Source of the DNA: a virus
Lineage: Duplodnaviria; Heunggongvirae; Uroviricota; Caudoviricetes
DNA length: 19,939 nucleotides
Direction: 5' to 3' (one strand)
Virus record (IMG/VR): IMGVR_UViG_3300027806_000037
Location: 64,001 to 83,939 of that record
A program made the translations under genes and the position numbers. This document shows, piece after piece, positions 6,912 through 16,280 of the stretch; position 1 is the first letter of the stretch, and every line of letters begins with the position of its first letter. The notes under the pieces were generated by a model. It worked only from the letters and a program-made list of their open reading frames with translations, did not search any database and was not told the DNA's origin.

Positions 6912-7568
6912 ATGGGATACTTTCAGAAATATACAACAAAAGGTGAAATCTTCTTCTCTTCGGATATTCATTTTTCTCACAAAAATATAGTGAGGGGAAC
7001 AACATCTTGGAGAAACGAAGATGATTCAATTCCAATGGATTCTGTTCGAGATTTTGATACAATTGAAGATATGAATGAAGCAATTATCAAAAATTTTAAC
7101 GATAAAGTTGGACAAGATGATTTATTGTTTCTTCTTGGTGATATTGCATTTGGTGGTTATCAAAACATTCAAAAGTTTCTTGACCGTTTGGTTTGTAAGA
7201 ATGTTTCATTGATTTACGGTAATCATGATCAAAACATTAAAAAAGATGTTGATAATATTCAAAGCATGTTTTTAGGTTGCGTTGATTATCGTGAAATTAA
7301 TCTTGCTGACCAAGATTTTGTTTTGTGTCATTATCCCCTCTCAAGCTGGAATAAAATGAATAAAGGTACTATTCATCTTCATGGTCATGTACACTTACCA
7401 AAAACGCATAAATTTGGTCGCGGTAAGAAGATGGATTGTGGTTTGGATGGTAATGATTTAAAACCATATCATGTTGATGAGCTAATTCAATTAATGAAGA
7501 ATCGACCAATTATGTCGGATATGGATATTGACCATCATTTGGACCGTGTTAAAGGTGTTATAGGTTAA
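6912..7568 (+). CDS. Calcineurin-like metallophosphoesterase
   Basis: All five motifs are present: SDIH, LGD, GNHD, CHYP, GHVH. Confidence 0.92.
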   Translation: MGYFQKYTTKGEIFFSSDIHFSHKNIVRGTTSWRNEDDSIPMDSVRDFDTIEDMNEAIIKNFNDKVGQDDLLFLLGDIAFGGYQNIQKFLDRLVCKNVSLIYGNHDQNIKKDVDNIQSMFLGCVDYREINLADQDFVLCHYPLSSWNKMNKGTIHLHGHVHLPKTHKFGRGKKMDCGLDGNDLKPYHVDELIQLMKNRPIMSDMDIDHHLDRVKGVIG

Positions 7569-7587
7569 TTTCATTCCTCTAATAAAG

Positions 7588-7618
7588 AAATCCCTCAGAA
7601 AAAAATCTGGGGGATTTT
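7588..7618 (+). terminator. Intrinsic terminator
   Basis: AAATCCCTCAGA-AAAAAA-TCTGGGGGATTT: 12-bp stem with one G-U, followed by a T-rich run. Confidence 0.85.
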
Positions 7619-7640
7619 AATTATTTTAATATTTTTTTGA

Positions 7641-7647
7641 TATTTAT
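7641..7647 (+). promoter_or_regulatory. Putative late-promoter motif TATTTAT
   Basis: GATATTTATA between the terminator and ATG 7693. Confidence 0.5.
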
Positions 7648-7692
7648 ATATGATGTTAAAAACATCACTTAACCAAACCAAAATAACCAAAA

Positions 7693-9009
<1,317 letters not shown>

Positions 9010-9034
9010 TCAACTTATCTATGATTTCTAATTA

Positions 9035-9520
9035 TCAAAAGTTTTTAAGATATTTTTTGAGCATTGAGTGGTTTATACCAATAATACCATGCTCAGTTAC
9101 TAGTCCACCATTCTCAATTAGTTCGATAAAATCAATAGCATCTAATTCATCACGACTTCCAGCCCTAATTTCGGGGTTATTTGATTTACCAAATGTAATA
9201 AGATATCTATCACTAACACCCTCACCACCAATATTAAAAACATGTGTTCTTGAATATGAAACGTTTACTGGTGTTTTATAGAGTTTAATTTCATGTGGAA
9301 TAGGATTATCTAAATTAGATAATGTGGTTGTAAAAAACATAGGTAAATCACATGTTAAAAGATAACCCAAATTGTTAATTCTATTAACAATATCCTCAAC
9401 TAGATTGATATTTTTTGTGGTAAATTCAACATATTCTTGAAATGTTTTATTACTTACATGAATATCATTGTCATTCATCCAATCTAGGGCGTTATCTATT
9501 CTTTCTTGTACAGTTTTCAT
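9035..9520 (-). CDS. Hypothetical protein
   Basis: 161-aa ORF coupled by ATGA overlap to the upstream 42-aa ORF. Confidence 0.75.
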   Translation of the reverse strand: MKTVQERIDNALDWMNDNDIHVSNKTFQEYVEFTTKNINLVEDIVNRINNLGYLLTCDLPMFFTTTLSNLDNPIPHEIKLYKTPVNVSYSRTHVFNIGGEGVSDRYLITFGKSNNPEIRAGSRDELDAIDFIELIENGGLVTEHGIIGINHSMLKKYLKNF

Positions 9521-9645
9521 CTCCCTTGACCTTTATATTCTTTTGGTTTGGGGGAGTGTTTATTATATTTTTTCTTTGCAATTCCTTTTTTCTTTTTTCC
9601 GAATGAATCGGGTTTTGTTGATTGTCCAGATTTTCCTTTCGCCAT
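9517..9645 (-). CDS. Small highly basic protein, 42 aa, missing from the ORF track
   Basis: Hand translation MAKGKSGQSTKPDSFGKKKKGIAKKKYNKHSPKPKEYKGQGR*. Its TGA overlaps the ATG of the next gene, and a TATTTAT motif lies upstream. Confidence 0.8.
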   Translation of the reverse strand: MAKGKSGQSTKPDSFGKKKKGIAKKKYNKHSPKPKEYKGQGR

Positions 9646-9650
9646 TTTAG

Positions 9651-9697
9651 GTCCAATATTGTGATTTATTTTTTACAATAAATACACAATATTGGAC
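9651..9697 (-). promoter_or_regulatory. 20-bp hairpin containing the putative late motif, ending 5 nt before ATG 9645
   Basis: GTCCAATATTGTG (9651-9663) / CACAATATTGGAC (9685-9697), plus ATTTATT (9664-9670) / AATAAAT (9677-9683), with a 1-nt bulge and 6-nt loop. Confidence 0.8.
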
Positions 9698-9720
9698 TTT
9701 TTATGGTTTTCTATTTACTT

Positions 9721-11592
9721 TTAATTTTTTACTTCTTCAAACACAACATCTTCTGTGTTTTGAGTTTGTTCAGATTGTTGTGTGGACTGGTACATTTCCA
9801 TACTAATATCCGCCCAAGTTTTGTTCATATTCTCAATTGATTGTTTGATTTTATCAATATCTTTTGATTCATGCGCTGCTTTTAATTCAGTTAACGAATC
9901 GACTAGTTTTGATTTATTTGTCTCCGAAAGTTTATCATCAAATTCTTTAATTTGTTTTTCAGTTTGGAAAATCATTGCGTCAGATTGATTGATAATATCA
10001 ATTCTTTCTTTTTCACGCTTATCAGATTCAGAATATAATTCAGCTTCCTTTTTCATCTTATCAATTTCTTCTTTCGAAAGCTGAGAACCACCCTCAATTC
10101 TGATTTTATTTTCCTTACCCGTTGCATTATCTTTTGCATGAACAGAAAGAATACCATTAGCATCGATATCAAAAGTTACCTCAATTTGAGGAATACCTCT
10201 AGGTGCTGGCATGATACCATCAAGATGGAACCTACCTAAGCTTCTATTATCCTTTGCTAGAGGACGTTCACCTTGCAACACATGAATTTCTACACCCGGT
10301 TGATTATCAATCGCAGTAGAGAATGTTTCGCTCTTTTTAGATGGGATTGTTGTATTCGCTTCAATTAGTCTTGTCATAACACCACCCATTGTTTCAATAC
10401 CAAGTGAGAGAGGTGTTACATCCAAGAGAAGAACGTCCTTAATGTCACCAACAAGTGCTGAACCCTGAATTGCAGCACCAAGAGCAACAACTTCATCAGG
10501 GTTAACCGATTTATTTGGTTTTTTACCAAAAAGATTCTCAACAGCAATTTGAAGCATCGGAATCCTTGTTGATCCACCAACTAAGATAATTTCGTCAATT
10601 TCTGATGGTTTCATTTTAGCATTTGATAGTGCTGATTTACAAGAATTAATTGCCCTATCGACCAAATCAGAAATCATTGATTCAAATTTTGCTTTAGTTA
10701 GTTGTCTAACAAAGTGAAGTGGTTGACCATCTTTTGCTGTAATATAGGGAAGATTAATATCTGTTTGACTAGTTGAGGATAATTCAATTTTTGCTTTTTC
10801 AGCCGCTTCCTTTAGACGCTGAAATGACATAGCATCTTTTTTCAAATCAATACCATGTTCATTCTTGAATTCATCAACCATCCAATCAATAATTTTATTA
10901 TCGAAATCATCACCACCAAGATGGGTATCACCATCAGTTGATTTAACCTCAAAGACACCATCACCAATTTCTAACACTGAAACGTCATGAGTGCCGCCGC
11001 CCGTATCAAAAACAACGATTTTTGCATCTTTGTTTTTCTTATCCAAACCATATGCTAGTGCTGCTGCGGTTGGTTCATTAATAATTCTAAGAACCTCAAG
11101 ACCCGCAATTTTACCAGCTTCAATAGTTGCTGTTCTTTCCGCATCACCAAAATAAGCGGGTACGGTAATAACCGCTTTAGTAACTTCTTGACCAAGATAA
11201 TCTTCAGCGGTCTTCTTCATCTTTTGAAGAATCATTGCAGAAATTTCTTGAGGTGTATAAAGTCTGTCACCAATTCTAACACCGGGAATATTACCCCCAA
11301 CCTTGTCAACTTTATATGGTACCTTTTTACTTTCTTCTTTTACATATGGAGAAGAAAAATCCTTACCAATAAATCGTTTAATCGAATAAATTGTTTGTGT
11401 TGGATTTGTTACCGCTTGTCTTTTTGCGGAATCACCAATTTTTCTATCATCACCATTAAACCCAACAATGGAGGGTGTGGTTCTTCTACCTTCACTATTT
11501 GCTATGATTTGAGGTTCACCCCCCTCAACAATAGCAACTGCGGAATTTGTGGTTCCCAAATCAATACCTAATACATATTCTTTTTTACTCAT
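9721..11592 (-). CDS. dnaK: Hsp70 chaperone DnaK, full length
   Basis: [87 protein letters not shown] and C-terminal FEEVK. Confidence 0.98.
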   Translation of the reverse strand: MSKKEYVLGIDLGTTNSAVAIVEGGEPQIIANSEGRRTTPSIVGFNGDDRKIGDSAKRQAVTNPTQTIYSIKRFIGKDFSSPYVKEESKKVPYKVDKVGGNIPGVRIGDRLYTPQEISAMILQKMKKTAEDYLGQEVTKAVITVPAYFGDAERTATIEAGKIAGLEVLRIINEPTAAALAYGLDKKNKDAKIVVFDTGGGTHDVSVLEIGDGVFEVKSTDGDTHLGGDDFDNKIIDWMVDEFKNEHGIDLKKDAMSFQRLKEAAEKAKIELSSTSQTDINLPYITAKDGQPLHFVRQLTKAKFESMISDLVDRAINSCKSALSNAKMKPSEIDEIILVGGSTRIPMLQIAVENLFGKKPNKSVNPDEVVALGAAIQGSALVGDIKDVLLLDVTPLSLGIETMGGVMTRLIEANTTIPSKKSETFSTAIDNQPGVEIHVLQGERPLAKDNRSLGRFHLDGIMPAPRGIPQIEVTFDIDANGILSVHAKDNATGKENKIRIEGGSQLSKEEIDKMKKEAELYSESDKREKERIDIINQSDAMIFQTEKQIKEFDDKLSETNKSKLVDSLTELKAAHESKDIDKIKQSIENMNKTWADISMEMYQSTQQSEQTQNTEDVVFEEVKN

Positions 11593-11599
11593 AATTTTA

Positions 11600-11623
11600 T
11601 TTATTTAAAAGTTTATTTAAAAG
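11600..11623. repeat. Tandem 12-bp direct repeat TTTATTTAAAAG x2 upstream of dnaK
   Basis: Exact copies at 11600-11611 and 11612-11623. Confidence 0.7.
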
Positions 11624-11667
11624 CTGTTTATCAATCAACATACCATTTCATTTTTTATGACAATATG

Positions 11668-12249
11668 TCAACCTTCTTGTGACATTTGGTCATATCCTAT
11701 GCAAGTACCGGAACAATATTTGTGTTTTTCTTTAACCGACATTCTAAACCTTCGACAAAAAATTTCACCCTCAATTAACTTATCATTAGGTGTTTGTTTT
11801 CCACAATATTTACATGGGGAATATCCTTCTCTTGCCGCATACTTTTCAGCTAATTCTTTTTGAATTTGAAATAAATCTTCTTTATTAAGAGACATTCTTT
11901 CATTTTCAAAAATTTCATCTAATTTGTAACGACCATTAATAGTAAAAAAATCAGAATTTAGTGGTGCTGAATAATCAATAAAAATAGTTTTATCATCGGT
12001 ATCGAAAGTTAATAGGTACTCTTTAATACGCTCAATATCTGTAGTCTTAATATTTTTTGTGTTATTATAGGGTTCTTTTTTTCCTCTAACTAAAATTTTA
12101 TTAATATTATATTCAACGATTGAAGAAATATCGGCACGATAAAACTTTGTGGGTTTATCTTCACCGAATACATGATTAATGTATTCAGTTTTTTTAGTAT
12201 CTAAAAGCATTAAAGCTTCATCATACTTAATTTTATTGGTTTTTCTCAT
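11668..12249 (-). CDS. Hypothetical protein with C-terminal Cys cluster (TRASH/MYM-like zinc-binding)
   Basis: PCKYCGK...YCSGTC near the C-terminus. ATGA overlap with the GMP reductase-like gene. Confidence 0.7.
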   Translation of the reverse strand: MRKTNKIKYDEALMLLDTKKTEYINHVFGEDKPTKFYRADISSIVEYNINKILVRGKKEPYNNTKNIKTTDIERIKEYLLTFDTDDKTIFIDYSAPLNSDFFTINGRYKLDEIFENERMSLNKEDLFQIQKELAEKYAAREGYSPCKYCGKQTPNDKLIEGEIFCRRFRMSVKEKHKYCSGTCIGYDQMSQEG

Positions 12250-13256
12250 TTATTAAATCTTTTAAACGCATTTTGTGTAATCATTTCGACATGACAACCC
12301 CTAAATTCATCCAAAGTTTTCGCATCAACATATGACATTGCACTTTTTAAGTAATCTGTCAAATTTTCACTCCACTTATACAAATCATATTCAACACAAT
12401 TCCATTTTGAAATACCTTCAGCGGTTTTTAATGTGGTGTTACCCCATTTTTTCTGAACTTCTTTTGTGGACATTCCACGATACTTCTTATATAGTTTAAA
12501 CTTTTTTTGGAACAACCAACTTGCTAGTTTTTTATTCCTAATTCTAAATAATTTCCAAAGATAAGGGTCAGAACAACTTTGAAGTGATTTATTAAGTAGC
12601 GAACCAATCATTACAATGTCAGCACCTAATGCTACCGCTTTAATAATATCTGAAAACTTTCTGGTTCCACCATCAGAAATAATTTTGGTTTTAAAGTCAA
12701 AACGTGTTTTAATTTTATAACATTCTTCAATAAGAGAAGCATAAGGATAATGAACACCAGTATTTGCGCTAGTTGTGCAACCAGCACCAGCACCAATACC
12801 AATTCGCACACCCCAAACACCATATCTTGCAAAATCCGCAAAACTATCTGGATTTGCAATATTACCAACAATTAATTTAATATTTGGACAATTTTTATTA
12901 AATAATTCAATAACATTACGCAATCTTGGCATATGTCCATTTGCCATATCAATACAAATATAACGTTCCTCATCCGTACCAATTGATGCTAAGTTTTCCG
13001 CATCGGTTAATGAAATACTAATAAAAAAATAATCGCATGTATAATCGCTATTATAATCAGAACTACAGCGTGGCATACAAATATTAATTCTATTATTTAT
13101 ATAATCATGTGAGTTATTTTTATCAACAACGGTATCCATAGGAGATGTCATAATTGGAAGCATGTGGTTTTCATCATAGCAATTCACCTCACTTCTTGAA
13201 TTAATTCGGGTATAATTTTTTGGTACAATAACAATGTCATCAAAGTCGTACTTCAT
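12246..13256 (-). CDS. guaC: GMP reductase-like enzyme (IMPDH/GMPR family, no CBS domains)
   Basis: YDFDDIVIVP, SPMDTV, IDMANGH, GNIA, RIGIGAGAGCTT catalytic Cys loop, DGG, KAVALGADIVMIGS, YRGMS and EG. The flap is short and lacks the IMPDH Arg-Tyr dyad, favouring GMPR. Confidence 0.75.
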   Translation of the reverse strand: MKYDFDDIVIVPKNYTRINSRSEVNCYDENHMLPIMTSPMDTVVDKNNSHDYINNRINICMPRCSSDYNSDYTCDYFFISISLTDAENLASIGTDEERYICIDMANGHMPRLRNVIELFNKNCPNIKLIVGNIANPDSFADFARYGVWGVRIGIGAGAGCTTSANTGVHYPYASLIEECYKIKTRFDFKTKIISDGGTRKFSDIIKAVALGADIVMIGSLLNKSLQSCSDPYLWKLFRIRNKKLASWLFQKKFKLYKKYRGMSTKEVQKKWGNTTLKTAEGISKWNCVEYDLYKWSENLTDYLKSAMSYVDAKTLDEFRGCHVEMITQNAFKRFNK

Positions 13257-13287
13257 TCTTTAAAATGTTTTAGTTGTTAATTTGATA

Positions 13288-13319
13288 CAAATCTATGAAA
13301 TGTTTTCGACAAAGACAAA
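13288..13319 (-). promoter_or_regulatory. Bacteroidota primary-sigma-type promoter for the guaC-dnaK run
   Basis: Minus strand TTTG 13319-13316, 20-nt spacer, TAGATTTG 13295-13288. Confidence 0.7.
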
Positions 13320-13326
13320 TATTTAT
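13320..13326 (+). promoter_or_regulatory. Putative late-promoter motif TATTTAT
   Basis: AATATTTAT just before ATG 13331, back-to-back with the divergent host-type promoter. Confidence 0.5.
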
Positions 13327-13330
13327 GGTT

Positions 13331-14449
13331 ATGAAAAAGATAAAATTAACAGAATCAGATTTATATAGGATAATTAAACAAGTTCTTTTTGAACAGGAGG
13401 AAGAAAAGAGAAGTTTTACATTTTCTCCGGGAGCATTTGCATCTTTTATAACATCATCATCAGGTGAAAGATTTGTTAAACATCTTAATAACAAATATGA
13501 TGAGATTGTTGTTAATGGGGGTTTGGATTTACAAGGAACACCAATTCAATCCTTACCGGATAATCTTAAAGTTGGGGGATGGTTGGATTTACGAGGAACA
13601 CCAATTCAATCCTTACCGGATAATCTTCATGTTGGGGGAAATTTGGAGTTAGATGAAACACAAATTCAATCCTTACCGGATAATCTTTATGTTGGGGGAA
13701 ATTTGGAGTTAGATGGAATACCAATTCAATACTTAGGGAATAATATTCATGTTAAGGGAAATTTGGAGTTAGATGGAATACCAATTCAATACTTAGGGAA
13801 TAATATTCATGTTGGGGGAAATTTGTATTTATATGGAACACAAATTCAATCCTTAGGGGATAATCTTCATGTTGGGGGAAATTTGGATTTATATGGAACA
13901 CCAATTCAATCCTTACCGGATAATCTTCGTGTTGGGGGATGGTTGGATTTAAAAAGAGCACCAATTCAATCCTTACCGGATAATCTTCATGTTGGGGGAG
14001 ATTTGTTTTTAAGTAAAACACCAATTCAATCCTTACCGAATAATCTTCATGTTGGGGGAAGTTTGTATTTACAAGGAACACCAATTCAATCCTTACCGGA
14101 TAATCTTTATGTTGGGAGAAATTTGGATTTAAGAGGAACACCAATTCAATCCTTACCGGATAATCTTCGTGTTGGGGGAGATTTGTGGTTAAATGGAACA
14201 CCAATTAAATCCTTAGGGGATAATCTTTATGTTGGGGGAAGTTTGTGGTTAAATGGAACACCAATTCAATACTTACCGGATAATCTTCATGTTGAGGGAA
14301 GTTTGGATTTAAGAGGAACACCAATTCAATCCTTACCGGATAATCTTCATGTTCCAAAAATTATTTTAATTAAAACCACGCCATTAAGTGATAATTATGA
14401 ATTGGTTCAGACATATAGTGAAAAATATAAAATTAATAGTACTTTTTAA
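13331..14449 (+). CDS. Short-type (20-residue) leucine-rich-repeat-like solenoid protein with LTESD-type leader (start revised to ATG 13331)
   Basis: MKKIKLTESDLYRIIKQVLFEQ leader, then 14 repeats of consensus VGGxLxLxGTPIQSLPDNLx. Confidence 0.85.
   Translation: MKKIKLTESDLYRIIKQVLFEQEEEKRSFTFSPGAFASFITSSSGERFVKHLNNKYDEIVVNGGLDLQGTPIQSLPDNLKVGGWLDLRGTPIQSLPDNLHVGGNLELDETQIQSLPDNLYVGGNLELDGIPIQYLGNNIHVKGNLELDGIPIQYLGNNIHVGGNLYLYGTQIQSLGDNLHVGGNLDLYGTPIQSLPDNLRVGGWLDLKRAPIQSLPDNLHVGGDLFLSKTPIQSLPNNLHVGGSLYLQGTPIQSLPDNLYVGRNLDLRGTPIQSLPDNLRVGGDLWLNGTPIKSLGDNLYVGGSLWLNGTPIQYLPDNLHVEGSLDLRGTPIQSLPDNLHVPKIILIKTTPLSDNYELVQTYSEKYKINSTF
13511..14350 (+). repeat. Tandem array of 14 in-frame 60-bp units
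   Basis: Units start at 13511, 13571, ... 14291. Consensus GTTGGGGGAnnnTTGnnnTTAnnnGGAACACCAATTCAATCCTTACCGGATAATCTTnnn. Confidence 0.97.
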
Positions 14450-14458
14450 TTATAAAAA

Positions 14459-14971
14459 ATGGAAAAAAAAGTTCCAATAACTAGAATAGGAAAATTTTTT
14501 GGAGGTGAAGATTTCGCTTTAGATATTTCTATGGGTGAAGAATGGTTAGTAGGTGATATGAATTTTAAGTTAATTCTTTATAGAATAGATAAATATAAAA
14601 CAAAAAATGATGATGTTTATGGTGAAGCGGTAAAAGATGGAATAAAATTTTTACCGCCAATTGAATTTAATGCGTATGTTAAAGTTGTTCAGCCAGAAAA
14701 TAAATTTCTTGGTCAGTCGATGGTATCACAAACCGAACCGGGTAATATGACGTTTTCTGTTTATCAAAAAACACTAGATGAACTTGGAATTGAAATTAAT
14801 TTTGGTGATTATATTGGTTATTATGAAACCGAAACCAGAGTTAGATACTATACAGTTAATAATGATGGTCGTATTGTATCTGATAATAAACATACATATG
14901 GTGGATATAAGCCGTTTTATAGGACTTATGTTGCGTCACCAGTAACAAATAATGAATTTAGAGGACTATAA
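14459..14971 (+). CDS. Probable virion neck/head-tail adaptor protein (T4 gp14-like by position)
   Basis: 170 aa, upstream of the tail-completion-like and sheath genes, containing a DDVYGE motif. The homology is inferred, not searched. Confidence 0.5.
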   Translation: MEKKVPITRIGKFFGGEDFALDISMGEEWLVGDMNFKLILYRIDKYKTKNDDVYGEAVKDGIKFLPPIEFNAYVKVVQPENKFLGQSMVSQTEPGNMTFSVYQKTLDELGIEINFGDYIGYYETETRVRYYTVNNDGRIVSDNKHTYGGYKPFYRTYVASPVTNNEFRGL

Positions 14972-16017
14972 TGGGTTTACCAAAAAAAATAAAAAAAGAT
15001 TTAAACCTTACGCCAGAAAAAATTCTTCTTGAGAGAAGAGAAGAGTTATTGGAATATATTAATGAGGATGGAACTTATTTACCAAAATCAATTTTACATG
15101 CTGATTTAGATAGAGGGTTTTTAGATTTTGTTAAAGATAAACTCAGAACCGTTGTTGAGGGAAAAGAAGTTCCAATGATTGATGTTATCATTACAACACA
15201 AAATTGGGCGCAGTTTACCGAAACTTGGAAATTCCAAAATATGGATGATAATCCGGAACCTCCGTTCATTACTGTTGTTAGAAAAAAGGAAACAAAATTT
15301 GGAACAAATCCCGCATTAAAATATAACATACCAAATAGAAGACAATATTTTTACGCTGCGGTACCAACATGGACTGGAACAAGAAAGGGGGTTGATATAT
15401 ACACAATACCCCAACCAATTCCCGTCGATATTAATTACAGCATAAAAATAGTTTGTAATAGGATGAGGGAATTAAATGAATTTAATAAAAATGTTTTAAG
15501 AGAGTTTGCATCCAGACAAGCATATACAACAGTTAAAGGTCATTATATCCCAATTATAATGGATAATATTAGTGATGAATCGGTTAATGAATTAGAGAAA
15601 AGAAGATATTATATGCAAAATTATGATTTTACTTTATTGGGTTTCTTAATAGATGAAGATGAATTTGAGGTAAAACCAGCAATTTCTAGATCACTTGCTC
15701 TAATTGAAACGGATAGTTCGTTACCCAAAAAATCTAATGGTAAAATAAATCAAAGACTTGATTATGGTAATCAAATGATTTTTAATAGTGGTGTTACTGA
15801 ATTAACACAAGTTTTCTATTCTCAAACTAATATATCATTACAACAAACATCAAATGTTGATTCATATGATGTTTATATAAATAATGATTTATATGGTAGT
15901 GATATTCAAAAATTATTATTAAATAGTGGTGATGTTTTAAGAATTGTCATCACAAAAACAGACAACGGACAAAAAGGAATAATTAATTTTCAAACTGAAA
16001 TTAACTATTCACCGTAA
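14971..16017 (+). CDS. Probable tail completion/sheath terminator protein (T4 gp15-like by position) with C-terminal extension
   Basis: PFITVVR and IPQPIPVDINYSIKIVCNRMRELNEF resemble tail-terminator folds. It lies directly before the sheath gene. Confidence 0.5.
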   Translation: MGLPKKIKKDLNLTPEKILLERREELLEYINEDGTYLPKSILHADLDRGFLDFVKDKLRTVVEGKEVPMIDVIITTQNWAQFTETWKFQNMDDNPEPPFITVVRKKETKFGTNPALKYNIPNRRQYFYAAVPTWTGTRKGVDIYTIPQPIPVDINYSIKIVCNRMRELNEFNKNVLREFASRQAYTTVKGHYIPIIMDNISDESVNELEKRRYYMQNYDFTLLGFLIDEDEFEVKPAISRSLALIETDSSLPKKSNGKINQRLDYGNQMIFNSGVTELTQVFYSQTNISLQQTSNVDSYDVYINNDLYGSDIQKLLLNSGDVLRIVITKTDNGQKGIINFQTEINYSP

Positions 16018-16163
16018 ACATCTTTTTTTTCTTTACACTTTTCAATAATTAAAGATTCCAAAAATTTATAAATTTTGTAACCTTTTTTATCGCAATATCT
16101 TTTTAAGATATCGTGTACTTCTGGGTCAATTTTTAAGTTTTTAATTTTTTTGTTATTTGGCAT
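16005..16163 (-). CDS. Small ribbon-helix-helix-like DNA-binding protein, 52 aa, missing from the ORF track
   Basis: Hand translation MPNNKKIKNLKIDPEVHDILKRYCDKKGYKIYKFLESLIIEKCKEKKDVYGE*. Alternating strand KNLKID followed by two helices. Confidence 0.75.
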   Translation of the reverse strand: MPNNKKIKNLKIDPEVHDILKRYCDKKGYKIYKFLESLIIEKCKEKKDVYGE

Positions 16164-16197
16164 GGTAGAAAAAAGGAAGAATTTTTTCTTCCCATAT

Positions 16198-16248
16198 TAT
16201 AAATATATTGACTTTTTGCTGATTTTTAATAAAAACGTAGATATTTAT
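16198..16248. promoter_or_regulatory. Divergent pair of TATTTAT motifs (minus 16205-16199 toward the RHH gene, plus 16242-16248 toward the sheath)
   Basis: Plus-strand TATAAATA at 16198-16205 and GATATTTATT at 16240-16249. Confidence 0.5.
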
Positions 16249-16280
16249 TGAAAAATAAATTAAAAAGAAAATTTTAAAAA

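Noticed and set aside
13752-14204. 150-aa antisense ORF (and 13464-13652 alternate-frame ORF)
   Set aside because: By-product of the 60-bp periodicity: one stop-free unit frame is repeated. No start context.
13511-14350. CRISPR array or diversity-generating retroelement target
   Set aside because: The units are contiguous and in-frame with no unique spacers. Variation involves all four bases rather than being adenine-specific, and no reverse transcriptase or template repeat is seen in the window.
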